Source of the DNA: a virus
Reading direction: 5' to 3' (one strand)
Length of the DNA stretch: 41,235 bases
Virus genome (UHGV): UHGV-0192012
The translations under genes were made by a program, and so were the position numbers. The notes under the pieces were generated by a model, which saw nothing but the letters and a program-made list of their open reading frames with translations, was not told the origin of the DNA and made no database searches. Shown piece by piece: positions 32,520 to 41,235 of the stretch. How positions within the stretch are numbered: the stretch's first letter is position 1; the number at the start of each line of letters is the position of its first letter.

Positions 32520-35362
32520 GCAAAAACAAAAATATATATGTAGAAATCCAAGCGGATGACCGTGCGAGTGCTAAATTAACTAATGTACAGAATAAGGTAA
32601 AGTCATTAGATCGTAAGCAGGCAACGGTTCACGTTAAGGCAGAAGACGACACACAGGGCGTGCTGGATTCTATAACGGAAAAGCTCAACAGCATCGGTAA
32701 TACAGCCGGAGGAGGATTCTCTTCTATACTTTCTTCTCTTGGTGGGATTGCCGCGGCAGGTGGTGCTGCGGTTGTGGCGCTGGATGGCATAAGTGGTGCA
32801 GTGAGTGGACTTACTTCTGCATTTATCACTTATAATGCCTCCATGGAGGATACGGAGACGGCATTTACCTCTATGATGGGTAGCGCGGAATCGGCTAAAA
32901 GTATCATGATTGAACTGCGAACTATGGCCGCCAAGACACCGTTTGAATTTAGTGACTTAGCTCCGGCCGCACAGCAGTTAAAGGCTTTCGGCTTTGAAGC
33001 TCAGAACATCATACCCACACTTACGGCAGTAGGAAATGCTTCAGCTGGCCTTGGTAAGGGCGCGGAAGGACTCAAAGAAATATCTTTCGTACTTGGCCAG
33101 ATTAAGGCCACCGGCAAGTTGATGGGGCAGGATGTCATGCAGTTGTCCCAGCTGGGGATTCCGGTTAAGGAAATCCTCGCTAAGAATCTGAAACTTACTG
33201 CAGATCAGCTGGCGGACGTAGGGCGTCTTGGAATAGATGCCGATACAGCCATTAAAGCCCTGACGGATGGTATGAATGAACGCTTTCCCGACATGATGGA
33301 TAAGATGTCACAGACCTTTAATGGGATGATGTCTTCCATGCGCGACGATATCGGAATTATGCTTGGTTCTATGGGGGAGGGAATTTTTCATAGCGTGGAA
33401 GATAAGCTCTCCAAAATAAAGGACTTGTTTGACCAGATGACAGACAATGTCACTTCAAAGGGGTGGAAAGATGTATTTGATGACATTATTCCAGATAATT
33501 TTGCAGATGCCTTCCGCCATATTTACGATACCGTCGAGCAGACATTTTCAGGTATGGACCAGATTGCGGAGCGTGTAAAGGAAACTTTCGTTAACTTGTT
33601 TTCTTATTTGGGAGGAGCTTCTGATTCTGATTTTTCTCCGCTGTTAAACGCAATTGATACCATCATCAGTTACATATTAAATCTGGAAAACATTGTGTGG
33701 TCGGTGGCTTCTGATATTTCCTCTATTGTTGGCGGTGTAATTTCATGGATTTACAATGCGGTCTCTTCTTTTGAACAGTGGATAATTTCCACATTCAATG
33801 GATTCTTTGGGGCTTTCCTTAAGGGACTCGCTAGCTGGGGAAATGGCGCCGTTGCCACGGTTCATGCATGGCTGTCTGCGGCATATAACGCCATTAAGGA
33901 CTTTGTTAATAAATGCTTGGATTCTCTGGGGGTGGTTGGGAAAGGCATTCGTGCCGTGGCTTCCGCTGCCGGGAAAGCTATAGATGTTGGCCTGGATTAC
34001 ATTAAGAATTCAAAGACTGCACAAGCTCTGGCCAATCCGATAAAGATTACTGCATCCAGTGCTCCTACCATTTCATACAAGCCGGCTAGTCTTGGCAGTA
34101 ACAGCGCATACACTCCTTCTAGAAGAGCCAGTGCTTCGTCAATAGGTGGAGGTGGCGGAGGAGGCGGAAGCGGTAAACGTGGGTCGTCTGGAAAAGGCAA
34201 GTCATCCGGAGGAGCCTCAAGTGCCGAAAAGGCTGCCGAAGAAGCAAAACGCAAGGTAGATGAACTGACCAAGGCGATTGCTAATGATTTATCTTCCTTA
34301 TCTGACAAGATTATGGATGAAACTGGGACTGCCTATGAAAAGGGTATGTCCAAGCTTGCATCTGAAGTAAACAAGATAAAGGAGGATATTGCTAAAGCCA
34401 ACAGTGCAGGAATTGACACGACTACGCTGAAAAATAAGTTGGATGAGTATGAAAAGCTGATAAAGGCTAAGGTCACTAAGGCGTGGAAAGAAGCCAATGA
34501 AGATCTTGCTCTGGATACTAGAAAAACGTTAGCCAGTGTAACTGACAACGCCAAGGCAGAGGCTCAGGTTGAATACGAAATAGCTGTGGCTAAGATTAAC
34601 CGGCAGAAGGAAACTGAGCTTAAGAAGATAGCTATAACCAGTGACAGCGCAGAAGCCAGAGTTGCCGTCGAGCAGTGGGCTGCTGCAAAGATTGCAGAAG
34701 CCCAGAAAACACTGGCACAGAAAAACCGAGGTGAAGCGCAGTCTTGGAGTGAAGCGTGGCAGAACGCCATCGAAAGCGTAAAGGCTAAGTGGGGGTCTGT
34801 GGCTAAACAGATGCAGGAAACCGCAGACGCAATTATCGATGATATGGTAGACGGGTTTACCAACGTATTTACTGACGTTTTGACCGGAGATTTTAAAAAT
34901 ATAGGTGATAGCTTCAAGGATATGCTAAAAAACATGCTGAAGGAAATTGCCAATTTTATGGCTAAGCAGGCTCTGACCAGTCTCTTTAACAGAGGCGGAG
35001 GAAATGGAAACTCCGCAGGAAATGCTATAAGTAACGTCGCAGGAGCTCTGGCGTCGGTTATCGGGCATAGAGCAAACGGGGGACCAGTACGAGCAGGACA
35101 TGCTTATATTGTCGGCGAAAATCAGCCGGAACTGTTTGTGCCGAACAGAAGCGGTACCATACTTCCCAGCGTTAATATGGGGGGTAATACGGCTCCCACT
35201 GTGCAGGTCGTCGTAGAAAATAATACAGGTAATGAAATGAAGGCTCAGCAGACCAATGAATTCAGTAACGGTAAATGGCTTACCAGAATCATTCTGAGCA
35301 CGGTGACTAATGCCGTTGGCACGAACGAAGGAGGGTTGAGAGATGCCATTGCAAGTGTCTGA
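32516..35362 (+). CDS. Tape measure protein
   Basis: 948 aa; AAKTPFE..L tape-measure domain, helical repeats, RANGGPV..G..YIVGENQPELFVP C-terminal motif. Confidence 0.93.
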   Translation: MSKNKNIYVEIQADDRASAKLTNVQNKVKSLDRKQATVHVKAEDDTQGVLDSITEKLNSIGNTAGGGFSSILSSLGGIAAAGGAAVVALDGISGAVSGLTSAFITYNASMEDTETAFTSMMGSAESAKSIMIELRTMAAKTPFEFSDLAPAAQQLKAFGFEAQNIIPTLTAVGNASAGLGKGAEGLKEISFVLGQIKATGKLMGQDVMQLSQLGIPVKEILAKNLKLTADQLADVGRLGIDADTAIKALTDGMNERFPDMMDKMSQTFNGMMSSMRDDIGIMLGSMGEGIFHSVEDKLSKIKDLFDQMTDNVTSKGWKDVFDDIIPDNFADAFRHIYDTVEQTFSGMDQIAERVKETFVNLFSYLGGASDSDFSPLLNAIDTIISYILNLENIVWSVASDISSIVGGVISWIYNAVSSFEQWIISTFNGFFGAFLKGLASWGNGAVATVHAWLSAAYNAIKDFVNKCLDSLGVVGKGIRAVASAAGKAIDVGLDYIKNSKTAQALANPIKITASSAPTISYKPASLGSNSAYTPSRRASASSIGGGGGGGGSGKRGSSGKGKSSGGASSAEKAAEEAKRKVDELTKAIANDLSSLSDKIMDETGTAYEKGMSKLASEVNKIKEDIAKANSAGIDTTTLKNKLDEYEKLIKAKVTKAWKEANEDLALDTRKTLASVTDNAKAEAQVEYEIAVAKINRQKETELKKIAITSDSAEARVAVEQWAAAKIAEAQKTLAQKNRGEAQSWSEAWQNAIESVKAKWGSVAKQMQETADAIIDDMVDGFTNVFTDVLTGDFKNIGDSFKDMLKNMLKEIANFMAKQALTSLFNRGGGNGNSAGNAISNVAGALASVIGHRANGGPVRAGHAYIVGENQPELFVPNRSGTILPSVNMGGNTAPTVQVVVENNTGNEMKAQQTNEFSNGKWLTRIILSTVTNAVGTNEGGLRDAIASV

Positions 35363-35723
35363 TAGGGTTTTCCCTTCCATTCCTAACCCAGTGTATCCTC
35401 TGGATGGTACATACAAGGATCATACGCTAAAGATGGAAATGGATAACATCACGGTTAACACAAGACCGAGGTTTACTAAAACTCCAGTAACATTTACCTT
35501 ACAGTGGACAGCCCTAAGGGCTGCTGAATTTTCCACTCTGTATGATTTCTATGTGAGCACGTGTAAGGGGTGCGCGTTGCCATTTACGTGGACTTATCCT
35601 GATGAACCTAATGACCCGTTAGCGGGAAAACAGTATAACATGCGTTTCGCCGGTGATTTGTCGTTCAGCCTGGCCAACCCCGGCTTATATACGGTTTCAG
35701 TAGCTATAGAGGAGGAGGTATAA
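35343..35723 (+). CDS. Distal tail protein (lambda gpM-like)
   Basis: Follows TMP; F.L.W...F..L..FY...PFTWTYP pattern. Confidence 0.7.
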   Translation: MPLQVSDRVFPSIPNPVYPLDGTYKDHTLKMEMDNITVNTRPRFTKTPVTFTLQWTALRAAEFSTLYDFYVSTCKGCALPFTWTYPDEPNDPLAGKQYNMRFAGDLSFSLANPGLYTVSVAIEEEV

Positions 35724-36328
35724 TGGATATTTCTACAGCGTCAATTATAGAAAAGAATAAGACATGTACCGATGGCGTTTATCTATTGCTTCTTGAAATT
35801 CAGTATAAGGACGAAGAACCAATTCGCTTGGTATACAACACAGAAGATATTGTTTTCAAGGGGAATACATATTACAAGTATGCGTTTGAGATTTCTGGAG
35901 TTAAGCAGTCCAGTGATGAGCTGCCAGACGTAACGCTTTCCGTCTCAAATATCACCGGAACAATTCAGCAGATTCTTGATAAGCATAATGGGGCCGGAGG
36001 GGCTAAGGTTACCCTCATGGTAATTAATTCCAATGTTCCGGATGAATTGTGTGATGAAGAACATTTCGTGATTACTGGCTCTACATGTACCAGCACTAAG
36101 GTGGATATTAAACTTGGTGCTGGTTTTTCGTTGCGCAAAAGAGTACCGGCTACCCGAATATTAAAAGACTGGTGCCCGTTCAAATTTAAGGGGGCACGAT
36201 GTGGGTATTCCGGTGCAGTAAGTACTTGTGATAAAACAAGAAATTGCTGTAAGAAACTCGGAAATTCTGTACGGTTTGGCGGGGAACCGACTATCCCGCA
36301 GGGGGGATTATATGCGCGGCGTAGCTGA
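35723..36328 (+). CDS. Minor tail protein (lambda gpL/DUF1833-like)
   Basis: L.VSNI motif; Cys cluster C.FKFKG.RCGY.G...CDKT..CC...N..RFGG.P. Confidence 0.82.
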   Translation: MDISTASIIEKNKTCTDGVYLLLLEIQYKDEEPIRLVYNTEDIVFKGNTYYKYAFEISGVKQSSDELPDVTLSVSNITGTIQQILDKHNGAGGAKVTLMVINSNVPDELCDEEHFVITGSTCTSTKVDIKLGAGFSLRKRVPATRILKDWCPFKFKGARCGYSGAVSTCDKTRNCCKKLGNSVRFGGEPTIPQGGLYARRS

Positions 36329-36650
36329 ACTACTGGGGACTCCGTTTGAGACCATGAAGTGCTGGCAGCTGGTACGCGAAGTTTATAAAGCAAACGGACG
36401 GGCTCTCCCAGATTATCCGGATATAGTCATTAAGGGGGATAAGGCGTATATGGAAGGGCAGGAACCATTGCGTAGAATCAACGAGCCAGTGGAAGGATGC
36501 ATCTGCGCATATGCCCTGCATTCTGATGAAATTGACCACGTGGGGGTCTATCTTGGTGGAAATAAGTTATTTCACTCTAAGATGGGTACTGGAGCATGCA
36601 TTGAGAAATTTTCGCGATATTTGCCAAGGCTGAAGGGGATGTATATATGA
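36312..36650 (+). CDS. NlpC/P60 tail tip protein (lambda gpK-like)
   Basis: LLGTPF...CWQLVREVY, HVGVYLG...FH; start at ATG 36312. Confidence 0.82.
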   Translation: MRGVAELLGTPFETMKCWQLVREVYKANGRALPDYPDIVIKGDKAYMEGQEPLRRINEPVEGCICAYALHSDEIDHVGVYLGGNKLFHSKMGTGACIEKFSRYLPRLKGMYI

Positions 36651-39600
36651 TTCATGTAATAATTGTAGATAATCCATTTGACCGCAGGCAGAGACGCGAT
36701 TATTTTGCCCCTTTTGAGAATGGTAAAAAGGTTAGTGATTACCACAAGGAAACCGGTGAAAAGGTATATGCCATCAATGGCATTCCTTGTACTGCGGATA
36801 CCGTGCCTATCGATGGCCAGGAAGTCATCGTAATGCCCTATGTGTCGGGTGGCTCGTTTAAAAAGGTATTTGGGTGGGTCGCAGCTATCGGAATTACCGT
36901 ACTGTCTGCCGGTGTTGGGGCGGGTATCATTGGTGCGTCTACCATGTCTGTATGGGCAAGGCTGGGGATAACCATGGCTTTGTCCTACATTGGCAATGGG
37001 ATTATGTCGAAATTGACACCAAAGCCAAAGGTAGATAAATCAAATACCGAACAATCCAACACGTATGGATGGGGAGAACCACAGTCCATTACATCGCAGG
37101 GCTACCCGCTTCCCCTGCTTTACGGCAGAATGAAAACAGCAGGAATTATGCTGCAGAGACACGTTATTTCCAACGGGGAAAAGCAGTATCTGAATATTCT
37201 GTACTGTCTGGCAGAAGGACCTGTCGATGCGATTGAAAATATACAGCTAAATGATAATCCGATATCGAACTACAGCGACGTGCAGGTAGAAAAAAGATAC
37301 GGTACAAATACGCAGACTGTAATTTCCAATTTTAATGATTCTTACTCTGATACACCTCTTGCTTATGAACTGAAACCGGAGCGTGGATGGTATACAGTGA
37401 AGCTGGATGGGAATATGGCACAGGCGGTGGAATTGACAATAGCCTTTCCGGCCGGTCTGTACTATAACAATGACGAAGGCGGAACCGATGCCACTAGTGT
37501 GCGTATTGCGGCTCAAATCAGAAAGGTAGGCACGGATACCTGGTATGATCTGCCGATTCCTAACGAAAATCAGGATGACGGAAGTAGGAAATCATTGCGG
37601 AAGCAGTGGAGACGTGCGTCTAATAATGGGACAACCATCAGTTGGACCGACTGGTATAGACAAAAAACAACAATACGAGATGAAGGCATTATCCGGTATA
37701 ACCAGAATAATGCCTTTTATCGTACCTATGGTTTCTATGACTTGTCACCGGCACAGTACGAAGTGCGGATGCGGTGTGTGGCTAAAGACGGTACATCCAT
37801 CCGTTACGTGAACAAAGTACAGTGGTCTGCGGTTACACAGGTTATTTATGATGATTTCATTCATCCTGGCAAGGCTCTGCTTGGAATAAGGGCTTTGGCA
37901 ACTGACCAGTTGTCGGGGAATGACCCGCAGATGACCTGCGAAGTGGTAAGGAACAAGGTGCAGGTATGGAACCCATTAACTTCAGCTTATGAGGAACAAC
38001 CGGCAAACAATCCAGCGTGGGCGGCTTATGATCTGGTGCATAGATGTACAAAAGTGGATACCGTGTCAGGAGGCACGTCTTACGTAGTGGATGGCGTTTC
38101 CAAAGATAATATGGATTACTATGCCTTTAAAGCGTGGGCGGATGCCTGTAATAATGCAAAGATTGAGTTCAATTATCTGTATGATTCAGCTATGACGCTA
38201 TGGGACGCTCTGGAATACCCATGTCGTGTGGGCCATGGTGCCGTCATGGTAGCCGGCACAAAATTTACTTGCGTTTATGACTACGCTAGCGAGCCTGTAC
38301 AGCTTTTTACGGTTGCTAATGTCAAGAAAGACAGCCTTTCCACGGAATATCAATCCACTGATAGCCGGGCAAATGCTATTGAAATTTCATTCATCAATAG
38401 GGACAAGAACTATGAACGTGACGTACTTACTGTTTATGGTGATTCCTACGATGACGATGAAACAACTCAGAAGCCGACGCAGATTGAGCTCATGGGGTGC
38501 ACCAGTGCACAGCAGGCTTATAAATATGGGAAATACTATCTTCGGTCGAATAAATATGAGATTCGCACGGTTTCCTTCGAAGCCTATGTAGACGCTATCG
38601 CCTGCTCTATTGGGGACGTTATCCTTGTACAGACGGATGCAGTCAGTTGGGGGCTCGGTGGCCGGATTAAGTCCGTAGAAGGTACGGTGCTGACTCTGGA
38701 TCAGGTGCCAGATGAAGAGTACACAACCATACTGATTCGAGACAACGCTACCGACAAAATCTATACAACTGCGGTAACGGCCATTGATGGAACTAAAGCC
38801 ACTGTGGAGAGTACTAATGGAGCCAGCGCAGGTGCGGTATATGCCCTCGGGGAGACCGGGAATAAGGCTAGAAAGTTTAAGGTACTGACCATAGACAAAG
38901 GGATGCAAGAACAAACCCGTACCATCACAGCGGTAGAGTACTATGACGAACTATATAACAGTGACGGTGACATTTTGCCGGTAATAGAAGAATACGACAG
39001 TGATGTGCCCGCTCCGAAAAATTTAGTACTGACCACAGAGAGCTACGTGGAAGCGGATGGCACATTAACCAACCTTGTCCACTGCGCTTGGGTTAACCCA
39101 CGCCAGTATGCACAGGTAAAAATGGAAGTTTCTTCTGACGGAGGGGACACATGGTCATATGAGACTGAGTTCAAACTGGGAGAATCTAGTTATGTATTCA
39201 AAGGGCTGTCCCTGTGTACTTATGGAGTAAGAATTTACTCAATTAATGATGTGGGTAAGGAATCAAGCAAGGTAACGAATTACATTATCACGGACGGTAA
39301 AGATAATCCGCCTCCGGATATAGTCAGCATTTCCACGGAACAACTCTCAAGCGGAATTCGCCGTTTCTGGTGGGATTTCACATATCCTTATCCAAATGAC
39401 ATAGCTGGTTTTAGGCTTAAATACACGCAGGGAAAAGAATTGAACTGGGGAACCGGTATACCGGTACAGGATGGGTTAGTGACTCAACAGCCGTATGAAA
39501 CACAGGCCATCCGTCAGGGAAGTCATGCCATCATGATAAAAGCTGTAGATAACGGTGGGAATGAATCTAAGAGTTTCGCCTATGCCTTGCTTGATGTAGG

Positions 39601-40348
39601 CGATTTAATACAGGAAAACGTGATATGGCACAAAGACTTCAAGGAAAATAGCTGGAGTGGGTTAAATCATACTGGCACAGTTCTTTCGGATGGAAACATA
39701 CACCCTGTAAATACCACTAATATGTGGAGTAATGCTAACGATTATAAATGGATTTCAGCTGAAAGTTTACAATGGAAATCTTCGTTTAAACAGATTAATG
39801 CAAAAGCGGAATTTACCACTCCGGTGTCGGGGCAGTTCTGGCTGAACGTAAAGCTGGATGGGCCCGCTTTAATCAGCTACCGCAAAGCGTTGGATGCTTC
39901 CGTGTGGAATGATACAGAAAATAACAATGGGTTCTGGCCAGATGATATGGGGTCAGGTCAGTGGAACAACGAAGCCTCCATGTGGATTCCTTATAGTGAC
40001 CGGGTCAATGTCAGCGCAGGGGATATGATTGAACTTAACATTGATTCTTCTAATGGGAAAAATACACAAACCGTTATTAAATCCATAGATGCTTATATAG
40101 ACGTTCCCGACCTGTTTAAGCATTTCGAGGATTTTTCCGTACCTGTTACGGGAATAGAATTACCAATTGGAATAGCGTACTATCACACCACCGCGGTAAG
40201 GCTGGATAGCGTAACGGATAGCACAGCCACGATGGTTAAGTTCATTTCCCGCACGCCATGTGTCGTTCAATTATTAGACAGCACAGGGAAAGCAGTTTCT
40301 GGAACGGCAGATATCACATGGCAAGGGTATAGAAAGGAGATTTTGTAA
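36647..40348 (+). CDS. Tail tip / host specificity protein (lambda gpI-J-like)
   Basis: 1233 aa; PLLYG, LAEGPV, NNPAW..YDL, LFTVANV, IGDVI, FN3-like repeats. Confidence 0.9.
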   Translation: MIHVIIVDNPFDRRQRRDYFAPFENGKKVSDYHKETGEKVYAINGIPCTADTVPIDGQEVIVMPYVSGGSFKKVFGWVAAIGITVLSAGVGAGIIGASTMSVWARLGITMALSYIGNGIMSKLTPKPKVDKSNTEQSNTYGWGEPQSITSQGYPLPLLYGRMKTAGIMLQRHVISNGEKQYLNILYCLAEGPVDAIENIQLNDNPISNYSDVQVEKRYGTNTQTVISNFNDSYSDTPLAYELKPERGWYTVKLDGNMAQAVELTIAFPAGLYYNNDEGGTDATSVRIAAQIRKVGTDTWYDLPIPNENQDDGSRKSLRKQWRRASNNGTTISWTDWYRQKTTIRDEGIIRYNQNNAFYRTYGFYDLSPAQYEVRMRCVAKDGTSIRYVNKVQWSAVTQVIYDDFIHPGKALLGIRALATDQLSGNDPQMTCEVVRNKVQVWNPLTSAYEEQPANNPAWAAYDLVHRCTKVDTVSGGTSYVVDGVSKDNMDYYAFKAWADACNNAKIEFNYLYDSAMTLWDALEYPCRVGHGAVMVAGTKFTCVYDYASEPVQLFTVANVKKDSLSTEYQSTDSRANAIEISFINRDKNYERDVLTVYGDSYDDDETTQKPTQIELMGCTSAQQAYKYGKYYLRSNKYEIRTVSFEAYVDAIACSIGDVILVQTDAVSWGLGGRIKSVEGTVLTLDQVPDEEYTTILIRDNATDKIYTTAVTAIDGTKATVESTNGASAGAVYALGETGNKARKFKVLTIDKGMQEQTRTITAVEYYDELYNSDGDILPVIEEYDSDVPAPKNLVLTTESYVEADGTLTNLVHCAWVNPRQYAQVKMEVSSDGGDTWSYETEFKLGESSYVFKGLSLCTYGVRIYSINDVGKESSKVTNYIITDGKDNPPPDIVSISTEQLSSGIRRFWWDFTYPYPNDIAGFRLKYTQGKELNWGTGIPVQDGLVTQQPYETQAIRQGSHAIMIKAVDNGGNESKSFAYALLDVGDLIQENVIWHKDFKENSWSGLNHTGTVLSDGNIHPVNTTNMWSNANDYKWISAESLQWKSSFKQINAKAEFTTPVSGQFWLNVKLDGPALISYRKALDASVWNDTENNNGFWPDDMGSGQWNNEASMWIPYSDRVNVSAGDMIELNIDSSNGKNTQTVIKSIDAYIDVPDLFKHFEDFSVPVTGIELPIGIAYYHTTAVRLDSVTDSTATMVKFISRTPCVVQLLDSTGKAVSGTADITWQGYRKEIL

Positions 40349-41220
40349 TGGCTATAAGTAAATATATAAGTACTGACGGGATGCTGAACTATGAAGGAAG
40401 CTCCTCTCCCACTACACAACAGCAGTATCAGGAAATGATTAAATCATGGGATGCTACTTTCCAGAATCTTTTGGATGCCGGGCACCTCTGGCAACCGGGT
40501 AAAGATTATCTGATAAATCAAGTGGTGGAAAGTCCATCTATGATCCCCAACACAGTAGCTAAGGTTACTACCCCAGGAACCTCCGGAATTACAGAACCTA
40601 CGTGGGGAGCTGTTGGAGACACAGTGGCGGACGGAACGGTGAGCTATTTGATAGTAGCCAAAACCACAGAAACAGCTACAGCAGACGATGTAAGTGCAGG
40701 CACAGATAAGTATAAGGCCATAACTCCCGCCGTCATGGCTGACCTTTTGAAAGATATCTACAAGCAGGCCAAGCTTGACGCCCATCCTGTAGGTAGTATT
40801 TACGAATCTACAGATTCGACTTCCCCAGCTGCCCTGTTCGGCGGTACGTGGGAAGCCATGGACCCAGGACGTGTGCTGGTATCCGCAGGTACTGCAAGCA
40901 CTGGGACTGTGTATAACGCCGGGGACAAAGGCGGGGAAGAAAAGCATCAACTCTCTGAGAGGGAATCACCACCACATACACACTCCGGTAGAACTAATAC
41001 AGACGGTTCTCATTCACACGGTTATATAGTCTCTACCTCAGCCGATGCGGGAGGTGGTTACCACATTAGAAAAACGAAATCGGCAACAATAGAAACATGG
41101 AACACCAGCGCTTCAGGAAATCATTCACATTCTTTTGTTACAGATGCCAGTGGTGGGAATCAGCCACATAACAATATGATGCCGTTCGAAGTTATATACC
41201 GTTGGAAACGTACTGCGTAA
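40348..41220 (+). CDS. Tail fibre / receptor-binding protein 1 (constant region + expressed cassette 1A from 40954)
   Basis: HPVGSIY...PAALFGGTWE...GRVLVSAG...GDKGGEEKH collar-like motif; HxH motifs (HTH, HSH, HSH); ends PHNNMMPFEVIYRWKRTA. Confidence 0.9.
   Translation: MAISKYISTDGMLNYEGSSSPTTQQQYQEMIKSWDATFQNLLDAGHLWQPGKDYLINQVVESPSMIPNTVAKVTTPGTSGITEPTWGAVGDTVADGTVSYLIVAKTTETATADDVSAGTDKYKAITPAVMADLLKDIYKQAKLDAHPVGSIYESTDSTSPAALFGGTWEAMDPGRVLVSAGTASTGTVYNAGDKGGEEKHQLSERESPPHTHSGRTNTDGSHSHGYIVSTSADAGGGYHIRKTKSATIETWNTSASGNHSHSFVTDASGGNQPHNNMMPFEVIYRWKRTA
40954..40965 (+). repeat. Shufflon-1 crossover site A (TCTGAGAGGGAA, expressed locus)
   Basis: Matches 41224-41235 (+) and 519-530 (-) in the same reading frame (S-E-x-E). 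Confidence 0.85.
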
Positions 41221-41223
41221 TGG

Positions 41224-41235
41224 TCTGAGAGTGAG
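41224..41235 (+). repeat. Shufflon-1 crossover site B (TCTGAGAGTGAG)
   Basis: 3 nt after the stop of 40348..41220; in frame with cassette 1..261 on circularisation. Confidence 0.85.

Larger units (their letters stand above)
1..41235. mobile_element. Complete temperate siphophage genome (excised/circular form, permuted within the tail-fibre shufflon)
   Basis: Full set of lysogeny, replication, packaging, head, tail and lysis modules with no host genes. attP is intact. 41224-41235 (TCT GAG AGT GAG) reads in frame into ORF 1..261. Confidence 0.93.

Noticed and set aside
34100..34230. Gly/Ser-rich low-complexity stretch in the tape measure gene as a repeat element
   Set aside because: It is an in-frame flexible linker common in tape measure proteins, with no discrete DNA repeat unit.

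Overview
The window is an apparently complete, circularly permuted ~41.2-kb temperate siphophage genome. Base 41235 reads in frame into base 1, and an intact attP carrying the 3' half of tRNA-Leu(CAA) sits beside the integrase. Firmicutes-type lysogeny, replication and lysis genes together with a lambda-like M/L/K/J tail tip and spanin-like genes suggest a diderm Firmicute (Negativicutes) host; this is inference. Modules are: tail fibres + invertase (40348-41235 and 1-3011), lysis (3061-4763), attP/integrase/immunity (4836-8353), early and replication genes (antirepressor, DUF2800 nuclease, DUF2815 SSB, PolA, VirE primase-helicase, ori, VRR-NUC, SNF2; 8390-22812), packaging/head (23021-30991) and tail (30995-40348). 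The standout is a double tail-fibre shufflon. Two tandem paralogous fibre genes are each followed by two silent, start-less C-terminal cassettes (one direct, one inverted). Each gene has its own private 7-bp crossover spacer (CTGAGAG for gene 1, CCCTTGA for gene 2) at the same codon position, and one adjacent tyrosine recombinase could serve both, giving up to 3x3=9 receptor-binding combinations. Other notable items: a MuF head protein with a nuclease-like extension and a convergent small RNA instead of an immunity gene; two small-RNA units upstream of the integrase; a truncated rhuM; a TIGR02391 cassette flanked by 12-bp direct repeats; a fully overlapping spanin-like gene pair, one member with an in-frame stop; and a -1 frameshifted tail chaperone. 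All product calls come from motif recognition and synteny, not database searches.
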